Source: a virus. Taken from it: 64,000 bases of DNA. Position numbers and translations under genes: made by a program. Positions 45,942-53,547 of the stretch are shown piece by piece. The stretch covers positions 146 to 64,145 of the IMG/VR virus record IMGVR_UViG_2926584956_000001; one strand, given 5' to 3'. Positions within the stretch are counted from its first letter, which is position 1. Each line of letters begins with the position of its first letter. The notes beneath the pieces are model-generated. The model made no database searches. It was not told the origin of the DNA and was given only the letters and a program-made list of their open reading frames with translations.

Positions 45942-46466
45942 ATGACTGATATCCGCATTCCCGTTTCTGCCGTCGCCGAAGTGGAAGGCGAGCCGCGAAT
46001 CCGCGATCTCGACCTTGCCGACCGGCTCCAGTGGTCCCGCCCGCGTGAAATCCGGACGCTGATCGCGCGCAATCTGGCAGAGCTAGAGTTACATGGCGGA
46101 ATTTGCTGCACGACGCAGCAAAATACCGGCAGGCGCGGACGGCCCGGAAAATCCTACTATCTGAACGAGGGGCAAGCGCTCGTGATCGCCGCTCTTTCGC
46201 GCACCGACCGCGCCGCGCAAATCCGCAAAGCCATTGTGGACGTGTTCATTGCCTATCGGCGCGGCCAGCTTGTCGAGGTCAAGGCGCACCGTCGCCGCAA
46301 GCCGGAACGTGAGCCGGTCAACCTCGACACCGCTTATCTGGAGACATTCGACGAAACGCGGAAATTCCTTTCCCGGTTCGCCGATCAACCCGCCGCGCTG
46401 GTCGACGTGCTGGCCGGTTGCGTGGCGCGCATCGAGGCACTGGAGCGCGCCCTAGAAGCCGCATAG
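45942..46466 (+). CDS. Phage antirepressor / Rha-like regulatory protein
   Basis: 'PRIRDLDLADRL..IRTLIARN..GRPGKSYYLNEGQALVIAALSRTDRAAQIRKAIVDVFIAYRRG'; RBS AAGGA. Confidence 0.75.
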   Translation: MTDIRIPVSAVAEVEGEPRIRDLDLADRLQWSRPREIRTLIARNLAELELHGGICCTTQQNTGRRGRPGKSYYLNEGQALVIAALSRTDRAAQIRKAIVDVFIAYRRGQLVEVKAHRRRKPEREPVNLDTAYLETFDETRKFLSRFADQPAALVDVLAGCVARIEALERALEAA

Positions 46467-46493
46467 GGTCGCCGCGATACTCCAGACACAGAA

Positions 46494-46521
46494 AACCCCG
46501 CTCTAACGCTAGAGCGGGGTT
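46494..46521. terminator. Bidirectional intrinsic terminator
   Basis: AACCCCGCTCTA-ACGC-TAGAGCGGGGTT, 12-bp stem with A/T flanks, between convergent genes. Confidence 0.85.
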
Positions 46522-46676
46522 ATTTCGTTTCAGCCGGTCAGCCGGTTAGCGGAACCATGGCCAGATAAACCACATGCCGACCGCATACACGACAAGCGGG
46601 CCGACCGAAAAATCGCGGATCATCTCTGGTATCACATAGAACACGAGCGACACGCCGATAATAACGAAGCGTTCCA

Positions 46677-47510
46677 TTAGCGTGCACCCTCGAAAAGATC
46701 CGGAGTTGCCGGACAACGATAAGGTGGATCATATTCCGGGTTGCTTTCGCGAAGCTTGGCAATCTTTTCCTCACGGATCGCCGCAACGCGCAGGTCATAT
46801 TCCACCCAATCGACGGCGGATTCCCATGCGTGATAACCCGCCTCGTCGGGCAGCATGTGATAAATGTCCATATCGTCCGGCTCGCCACACACCGCGACAA
46901 GCAAAATGCTCAATTCGTTATGGTCCCATTGCTCGACCGGCTTTGCCAGCCAGTCGGCAAGGTCACTCGAATAGAACGAGATAAAGCCGCTCCGGCTCGT
47001 GCACCGTTCCTCAATCGTCGCCTTTAGCTTTTCGTGGCCGTCCCGTTTGCTCAAGAGAAAGAGCGCTTTCACGGTGTCGGTGGGAACGTGACAGAAAATC
47101 CGATCAGTCTCGAAATTGTAGAATTGCGGCGACGACATGGACTCGAAGGTCAGACCAAGCGAGTCGGCGCGATAATCTTCCGTCTCGAATTCCCGCGTTT
47201 CCCAATTATAGCGCTGCCGCGTCGCTGGCTTGGTCATGCCGATTTGATCACCCGCCCATGCGTCGAATGCGGTCACATAGTCTTTTGCGAGCGCGTCGAA
47301 TGCGGCGGGATAACCGGTCACCCTCAGCAAGATTTCGGCGATTTCCTCAGCGTCAAGCCGCAACTCAGGCGCGATCCCCTCTTGCCTGTCGTCGGACTCT
47401 GCTTCGTATTCGGCGAATTGTTCCTCTTGCAAATCGATTTCGCCAGACCAGAGCGACTCATAAAAGCCGGAGAACGGGATTTTGACGATAAGCGAGTCGG
47501 ACATTGCCAT
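46677..47510 (-). CDS. Hypothetical acidic early protein
   Basis: About 277 aa, preceded by the repeated leader with GGAG; 'IPFSGFYES', 'SPQFYNFETDRIF'. Confidence 0.7.
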   Translation of the reverse strand: MAMSDSLIVKIPFSGFYESLWSGEIDLQEEQFAEYEAESDDRQEGIAPELRLDAEEIAEILLRVTGYPAAFDALAKDYVTAFDAWAGDQIGMTKPATRQRYNWETREFETEDYRADSLGLTFESMSSPQFYNFETDRIFCHVPTDTVKALFLLSKRDGHEKLKATIEERCTSRSGFISFYSSDLADWLAKPVEQWDHNELSILLVAVCGEPDDMDIYHMLPDEAGYHAWESAVDWVEYDLRVAAIREEKIAKLRESNPEYDPPYRCPATPDLFEGAR

Positions 47511-47512
47511 AA

Positions 47513-47541
47513 CTCCGAAAGTTACTTGCACCTTTTAGGTG
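47513..47541 (-). repeat. Repeated early-gene leader (operator plus RBS)
   Basis: CTCCGAAAGTTACTTGCACCTTTTAGGTG, identical at 47838-47866; variants at 49365-49393 and 48532-48560. Confidence 0.85.
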
Positions 47542-47550
47542 CTTAATTGA

Positions 47551-47829
47551 TCAGGAAAACGCGGTCAGCATGGCGCGGCGCACCTGCCGAACCCGTTGCG
47601 CCCATTGCTCATTATTGTGTTCGCAGATCCGGCAAGGCTCACCTTCCCGCCCCTCTTCAGCGCGGCAATCGGTGCCGTCTGCCATATCGGTCGGAAACAA
47701 TTTCGCGGCGACGCGCGCGGCGCGTTTCCGGGTGACCATGAGTCCGGGGTGCCACGGCTCACCGGGATTCCGTGGTCCGTCTGACGGCTCGCCCGGCTCC
47801 AGATCCGGGATAAAGTAGCCTTGCGACAT
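47551..47829 (-). CDS. Hypothetical early protein
   Basis: Preceded by the leader copy at 47838-47866. Confidence 0.6.
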   Translation of the reverse strand: MSQGYFIPDLEPGEPSDGPRNPGEPWHPGLMVTRKRAARVAAKLFPTDMADGTDCRAEEGREGEPCRICEHNNEQWAQRVRQVRRAMLTAFS

Positions 47830-47866
47830 TGCGCTTGCTCCGAAAGTTACTTGCACCTTTTAGGTG

Positions 47867-48523
47867 TCAATGCGTCCAGAAGAAATAATGATGATAATCA
47901 TCGACATAGGCCACGACGTCGCCAGCGCACTGGAAGTCACGCGCGACCGAGTCCCAATCAATATGGCCTTGAAGCCATTCCGGAATCTCCGACATATCGT
48001 GCGTTTCCTCGGTGAATTCTTGCGCCATGTCGCGCCAGCTATCGAAACAACCGCGGTAACGGTCGCTTATGAAATCTTCCGCGTCTTCATCATCATCGGC
48101 ATAATCGTTCATTGCCTCGATAAGGACGGAAACCGGAATCCGCGCATCTTCGGCCGCTTCGGCGATCGTGGCGCGTCGCGCGACTTCGTCGAGCCCGGCA
48201 TATTCGCCAAGCTTGCCGAGTCCCTCGTGATCGTGAATCGCGTATTCCTCAGCCGACCGGAAGCGCTCGACAAGGCGCATCGGGTCGCCGCACTCCGGAC
48301 ATTCCGGAACCGGGTTAGGGCCGAAGTCTGACAGGGTGCGCCGCTTGGTCTCGCCGCAATCGTCGCAAATCCAATCTTCCCGCATGACGTTCGGGCAGGG
48401 CGACGCCTTGAGCATGTCGGAAATTTCCCGCGACATGTCCGCAACATCGTCTGTCGCGTTGATCCATTTGCCGTGCAGGATTCCGTTGTTGTAGGCCGCA
48501 AGATCGGCAACATAAATGCGCAT
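47867..48523 (-). CDS. ardA: Antirestriction protein ArdA
   Basis: 'RIYVADLAAYNNGILHGKWI', 'EEYAIHDHEG', 'YRGCFDSWRDMAQEF', 'HIDWDSVARD'. Confidence 0.88.
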   Translation of the reverse strand: MRIYVADLAAYNNGILHGKWINATDDVADMSREISDMLKASPCPNVMREDWICDDCGETKRRTLSDFGPNPVPECPECGDPMRLVERFRSAEEYAIHDHEGLGKLGEYAGLDEVARRATIAEAAEDARIPVSVLIEAMNDYADDDEDAEDFISDRYRGCFDSWRDMAQEFTEETHDMSEIPEWLQGHIDWDSVARDFQCAGDVVAYVDDYHHYFFWTH

Positions 48524-48569
48524 TGGTTTAGCCTCTAAAGTTATTTTCACTGCAAAGGTGCGTCGCTGA

Positions 48570-49355
48570 TTAAGACGCGCCGAGTCCTTCGGCGAACGAT
48601 GCGCGCAAGCTTTCGTCTCCGGAATAGAAGCCGGGGCAACCGTCGTCGACGTGGTCACCATCGGCCAGCCGCTCGTTTTCTTCCCGCTTGTCCCGAATAT
48701 CGTCGAGCAACCGCGAAACGCGCTCTTTCAGGCTCGCGCAAATGGTCGGGACCTTGACCGGGTCGACGGTCGCGCGGATCTCGCGACGTTCGGCCAGCAG
48801 TGCCTTGACGGTCTCGCGCATGTCGGCGATTTCGGCGCGGTTTTCCGCAACACGCAAGCCAGCGCTCCAGGCGGAGCTATGATCCCGCTCACGTTCGGCG
48901 ATCATCTCCGCCAGACCGTCAGCCCATCGCGCGGCGGTGTATTCCTCGTCTGTAACGTCAAACTCGATACAGGCGGGACCGTCCGCGTCCGCGCTGCCGT
49001 TGATGTCGTTGTCATAGCCGGCAACGAAGCACTCAACGCCATTGCGAGCCGGTATCCGGTAGACCACGCCCCGGACGGTTTCCGATTGGTCGTTATCCGT
49101 GAACCATCCGGTATGCCGGATTGAGCGGCAAACGTCGTCGGCATACCCGACAAACCGCAATCCCGCCGCGCTTGGCTTTTCGATCCATCGGAGAGTCCGC
49201 GATCCAAGCTTGAACGGCGGGTTGATCACGCCACCCCGTGACGGATAACGCGACGCGCCGTCGATAACGTCCCGCCGTGCGCGCTCGATAGCCTCACGAG
49301 CGGCTTTGCCGTTCTGACGGTGCCAGCCGTAAGTGGTTTTCAGGTCAACGCCCAT
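48570..49355 (-). CDS. Hypothetical early protein
   Basis: Preceded by the leader copy at 49365-49393. Confidence 0.65.
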   Translation of the reverse strand: MGVDLKTTYGWHRQNGKAAREAIERARRDVIDGASRYPSRGGVINPPFKLGSRTLRWIEKPSAAGLRFVGYADDVCRSIRHTGWFTDNDQSETVRGVVYRIPARNGVECFVAGYDNDINGSADADGPACIEFDVTDEEYTAARWADGLAEMIAERERDHSSAWSAGLRVAENRAEIADMRETVKALLAERREIRATVDPVKVPTICASLKERVSRLLDDIRDKREENERLADGDHVDDGCPGFYSGDESLRASFAEGLGAS

Positions 49356-49394
49356 TTTCCCAATCTCCGAAAGTTACTTGCACCGGAAAGGTGC

Positions 49395-49856
49395 TTAGCG
49401 ATCCGCGACCAAGTCGCGGGCGCGCTGAATCATGGTCTCGAATTCGGCAAGCGCCGCGCCTAGCCGTTCGTCGCCGATTTCGGAGCGGTAGCCGTCCAGA
49501 TCTTCGCAGCCGACGCCATTAATCCACGCAATGCCGTCAGAAGATGCCTTGCGCGCCGCTTCGAATTCGTCTGCCGTGGTGCTGGCCTTCGCGAGTTCAC
49601 GGACCAAGGCGATAAGGTCATTGAAGCCGGGACCATGCCAGCTTGGCACGTCGACGAAATCGCCATCATCAACAGACAGCGAAATCTCGCCTTGAACGCA
49701 TTCCGGACTCCAATTCCAATTGGTCGCGGCTAAATCCCCTTCGTCTTGCATTTCCATGATAGCCGCAGTCTTAGCCGCTTCAGGGGAGTCCGCTTTAACT
49801 TCGGTCTCGTGATAGCAGCGAAGATCCGCGCCAATGGTGACAGTATATTTCGGCAT
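49395..49856 (-). CDS. Hypothetical early protein
   Basis: Fills the gap in the leftward run; RBS GAGG. Confidence 0.6.
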   Translation of the reverse strand: MPKYTVTIGADLRCYHETEVKADSPEAAKTAAIMEMQDEGDLAATNWNWSPECVQGEISLSVDDGDFVDVPSWHGPGFNDLIALVRELAKASTTADEFEAARKASSDGIAWINGVGCEDLDGYRSEIGDERLGAALAEFETMIQRARDLVADR

Positions 49857-49869
49857 CGGTTCGGCCCTC

Positions 49870-50043
49870 TTAATTCAGCGTCAGCAAGTCGGGTGCGATC
49901 CGGAGCGTTCGGCCGCTCCAATACATCCGGACGTGAACCCATTTGCGGCCGATTTTGACCACGTCGCCGAACCGGTCGCCGCTCATCCATAGATCCGTCC
50001 CCGGATCAACCTGGACACTGTCGCCAATCGTGAAATTGCCCAT
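49870..50043 (-). CDS. Hypothetical small SH3-like protein
   Basis: 'IGDSVQV..GDVVKIGRKWVHVRM'; RBS GAGG; operators at 50049-50079. Confidence 0.6.
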   Translation of the reverse strand: MGNFTIGDSVQVDPGTDLWMSGDRFGDVVKIGRKWVHVRMYWSGRTLRIAPDLLTLN

Positions 50044-50147
50044 TGCCTTACCTCTTAGGTGTAAGTCACTTTCTAAGTGTGAATGTCTCACATGACCGGC
50101 CGAATGACAACTATAAAGTGGCATATCGGCTTAGAAAGTCGGCCCGG

Positions 50148-50486
50148 TCAGACCTTATCGAGGTAGGCGAGCACGAAGCCCAAAGCCGCAACCCCGGCAA
50201 TGATCATCCCGCCAAGGCGGACCGTCAGTTGCAGGGCGAGCTTGTCGGACTTGTGAGCCACGTCGGCGCGCAAGCGGTCTGTTGCTGCAACCATGTCGAG
50301 GCGCAATTGATCCATATCCCGACGCAACATGTCCGCCGTGGCGTTTAGGTCCGACTTGGTGACAAGGTCCGACATGATGTAATCGCGCACCGCTTCAGCA
50401 TGGGCGTTTGCAGTGTCGCGCGGAATGCCGGACGCTTCAAGGCGCCTTGCGTAGGACAGCGAGTCGAATGCGTAAACCATCGTCAT
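50148..50486 (-). CDS. DUF1640 / CCDC90-like coiled-coil protein with C-terminal TM helix
   Basis: 'FDSLSYARRLEASGIPRDTANAHAEA..LVTKSDL..LTVRLGGMIIAGVAAL'. Confidence 0.8.
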   Translation of the reverse strand: MTMVYAFDSLSYARRLEASGIPRDTANAHAEAVRDYIMSDLVTKSDLNATADMLRRDMDQLRLDMVAATDRLRADVAHKSDKLALQLTVRLGGMIIAGVAALGFVLAYLDKV

Positions 50487-50503
50487 ACCCTCGAAAGTTA
50501 CTT

Positions 50504-50785
50504 TCAATGCCGGAGGAACGCGGCGAATGGTTCGAGCGCGTAGGCCCTCGTCGTTCCCCTCGAAAGCGACTTTGAATGCCGGAGCAACGCGCGCCCGCGT
50601 GTCTCGATAGCGGCGAACAAGTCGTCTGACGGGTCGACCGTGACGAAGTCCCAACCATTCGACGACAGGGCGACCGCTCTTTCTAGCGTGCGATCATGCC
50701 GGAAGTTGGCGATGGTCCGTCCGCCGATGCCGTGAATCGTCCAGCCTTTAGACGTTGGCGTGATTTCGACGCTGCCGATTTTCAT
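50504..50785 (-). CDS. Hypothetical early protein
   Basis: RBS GAGGG; leader-like motif at 50793-50810; overlap with duplicated leaders makes the 3' part uncertain. Confidence 0.45.
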   Translation of the reverse strand: MKIGSVEITPTSKGWTIHGIGGRTIANFRHDRTLERAVALSSNGWDFVTVDPSDDLFAAIETRGRALLRHSKSLSRGTTRAYALEPFAAFLRH

Positions 50786-50964
50786 CGCCCTACCCTCGAA
50801 AGCTACTTTATGTCAGACATGCGCACGACGCGCACACCGGCCGACTTGAGCGCCTGCAATTCCGAATGGCGCTTGACCTCGTTAAGGTCACTCAAGAGCG
50901 CCCGCGCGGCTGATTTGGTGAGGTGCGTCATTTGCTCAATCCCTCATCTCGTCTTGACCATTAC

Positions 50965-51007
50965 TTTATAGACTCTTTTTGCGAGTCTTAGCAACCAAAA
51001 AGAGTCT
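50965..51007 (-). promoter_or_regulatory. Candidate leftward sigma70 early promoter overlapped by a 12-bp inverted repeat
   Basis: Minus strand TTGCTA (50994-50989)-N18-TATAAA (50970-50965); IR AGACTCTTTTTG (50970-50981) / CAAAAAGAGTCT (50996-51007). Confidence 0.55.
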
Positions 51008-51049
51008 TTTTACGAAGAAAAGCGACGGATCGGGACCACCTGAAATCTA

Positions 51050-51302
51050 GCGGGATCTGACGGGACCCGGTCAGCGCGTCGCATCGGTCGAGCGGTCGAG
51101 ACGTGGCGGGATCTGACGGGACTAGTCGGGAAAACCGCTATATTCGAGCGCGCATAGCGCCTTGTATCGAGCGCTATATTCGAGCGTGCATACCGGTCGG
51201 CGCTCTGTTGGCTGGCACGGCTTGGCTTTAGGTGACACGAAACAGGACGGTACGGGATGCGGCGGGAATTGCTCCGCTCACCGCTATATTCAACCGTGCA
51301 TA
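51050..51302. repeat. Direct repeats in the non-coding region
   Basis: GCGGGATCTGACGGGAC at 51050 and 51106; CGCTATATTC(G/A)A(G/C)CG(C/T)GCATA at 51136, 51172, 51282. Confidence 0.8.
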
Positions 51303-51604
51303 GCGGTGGCCGGTGTGCAGGTTGTTGCAGTCATCGGGTGGCACGGGACGGGACTGTCCGGGAGTAATGCGGACGGGTCGGGACATGACCATCGCGTTGG
51401 ATCAGGTGCGCGGCTGAGACGTGGCGGGATTAGGTGGGACGCAGCGGGACCGGGCGGCACGGGTTGGCATTGGATGGGCGTTCGGATGTGCCGGGTGACC
51501 GGGTGGCTCGGGGTCCTTCCTGGGATTCGGGTGTACCGCGGGGGAGCACCGACCCCGGAGCTTGAGAGTTTTCAGAAAAAATTCCGATGATTTTCGATGG
51601 GCGA

Positions 51605-51927
51605 AATTGCCGGGCGCCACCCGGCAATTACCCGGCAATTTACCCGGCAATTTACCCGGCAATTTTCGAGAGTTAAGTATATGAATATAAAGAGTTTTCT
51701 ATCTCTTATCTGTAATTGCCGGGTAACTTCGGAGACCCTGTGGTGAAACGGTATCATATTACCGGGTCCCTCTCGTCGTGAGGGGTTCACTCCCCCCAGG
51801 GGAACGGGGGGTGCGCAAAAACGCCCGGCAATTTCTCTAATAACTCAACGATTTCAATAACTTAACCCTCTAAAATTGCCGGGTAAATTGCCGGGTAAAC
51901 TGCCGGGTACCCCGGGTAATTGCCGGG
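51605..51927. repeat. Iteron-like AATTGCCGGG repeat cluster in both orientations (candidate origin or packaging site)
   Basis: AATTGCCGGG at 51605, 51714, 51874, 51886, 51918 (variant 51898); CCCGGCAATT at 51620, 51631, 51643, 51655, 51824; AT-rich tracts between. Confidence 0.85.
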
Positions 51928-52802
51928 TGAAGCCAATTCGGGGGTGAAAACAGGCCGAAATCGCAGAAATCGTTGGTCGTAGTCCCAGTTCGTCTCACCG
52001 ATTTAATCACTCGCAGATCAACCGAATTTCCGGAAAATGCGCTCGAAAATTAAATGCGGGCCGCCGAATTAATCGTCAGCCCGTCGCGCGGCGCCGAGAT
52101 TGACATCTTGATCCGACTGAACGACCGTTTAGGGGCACAGAACGTCGATTAGCTGATTATAAATTGGCTGAAATTGTCGGTTTGTGCACTTCACTACCCG
52201 CGGTCCCGGTAGTTGCCACAGCCCCACGCAGCCCCGGCTTACCGGGACCGCACCCTTGGATACTGGCTCGCGAAGATGGTCCATCGGACCTTCAGAGGCG
52301 TCAGCCTTCGGGGCGGAGCGGGCGACGGGGCCGCGCGATTGTCAGCCAAGATGAACCGCGCGCCCCCGTTCTTCAGATAGCAGGGCCGCAGCCGGTCGCC
52401 CCCTGTCGTGTAGACCCCACCGGGATTTTGACACCGGCCGCTAGGCTGTGCTCTTGACCCACTGCGGTTCCGGCGATCGCACGCTTGCCTCTCACCCCTG
52501 CCACCGGTCGCTGGAACCGCACCCCTCCAGTTCTCGCCTCCATCACAGGGAGGCCGCCCAGGCGCGTCGAGCCTCGGACCCGTCACCGGTCGCCCGGCGC
52601 CCGCGATGGCCACACACGGGCCTCTGTGTTGATCTGAGGGGGTGTTGGCGAGGTATCTGCGCGCCACGGGACACCCGGCAGCCTAGAATGCCGTTTCCCG
52701 GCGCAGGGGAGCCCACCTGTGAGCTTCAGCGGCAATCCGGCATCAGAGAGCCCTCAACCCTCAAAGGCGCTCAGTAGGCTCCTGTGTGGCCCACAAAAGA
52801 AA

Positions 52803-52824
52803 AGCCCCGCTCAATGGCGGGGCT
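52803..52824 (-). terminator. Intrinsic terminator for the leftward primase operon
   Basis: AGCCCCGC-TCAATG-GCGGGGCT with an A-run on its left (U-tract on minus strand). Confidence 0.8.
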
Positions 52825-52852
52825 CTTCGGTCAGGTCAGATTGTCGGGTTGG

Positions 52853-53524
52853 TCACGCGTCGACGAGGGCGGCGTCTTCCATTTCCCCGAGAGCGTAGTG
52901 GCGACCGTCCGATGAATCCCGCCCGGTTTCCTTGATGCGGCGGTCCACAATCAGCCGACCGAAAACTTCTTCGTGCTTTGAGTAGGGCAGGTTCACAAAA
53001 AAGAAGGATCTAAGGGCTCTCTTGATCTCCCCGCGGGAAGCGTCGCTGCCCTTCTGATGAAGGTATTTCACCACTTCATCGCCAGTCGCCTTTACGCGCG
53101 CGATCATTTCCGGATCAACTTCATCAGCGCCCGTCATACTGCGCACCATCTTGCAGTCAGCAAGCGGCCTTGCGTACTCCAGTGAGAGTGTATGGAGGGA
53201 CAACATGACCTTCTTTTCCGGATGCGCGAACCACTCGAAGCCGCCGCGGATATAATCCTCGGACTCATCATGGGTTATCTCGAAACCCCCGTAGATCTTG
53301 CCGAAAACATCGGGCTCGAATTCTTCGCTCGGCTGATACTCCCTATCGAAATGCATACGAAAATCGATAAAAATGAGGCCGCGCTTATCGAGGGTTGCAG
53401 TTTTTCGAAGAGTGTTCGGGTACTCACGCCAATCGATCGTTCCGTCAGAGATCCAATATTTCAAGATCCGTTTGATCTCTTTCGTTAGATTGATGTTTTT
53501 GGCCCAATCTTGCAGCTTATTCAT
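52853..53524 (-). CDS. Hypothetical protein whose C-term resembles the primase C-terminal domain
   Basis: 'GDEVVKYLHQKG..IKRALR..EEVFGRLIVDRRI' vs primase 'GDSVVHYLEKKG..IRDALR..REVFDRLIADRRI'. Confidence 0.7.
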   Translation of the reverse strand: MNKLQDWAKNINLTKEIKRILKYWISDGTIDWREYPNTLRKTATLDKRGLIFIDFRMHFDREYQPSEEFEPDVFGKIYGGFEITHDESEDYIRGGFEWFAHPEKKVMLSLHTLSLEYARPLADCKMVRSMTGADEVDPEMIARVKATGDEVVKYLHQKGSDASRGEIKRALRSFFFVNLPYSKHEEVFGRLIVDRRIKETGRDSSDGRHYALGEMEDAALVDA

Positions 53525-53547
53525 CAGATTTCTCCTTGGTTGATGAT

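Noticed and set aside
52164-52777. ORFs in the 52.1-52.8 kb region
   Set aside because: No RBS or motif support, Pro/Arg-rich low-information translations; treated as non-coding
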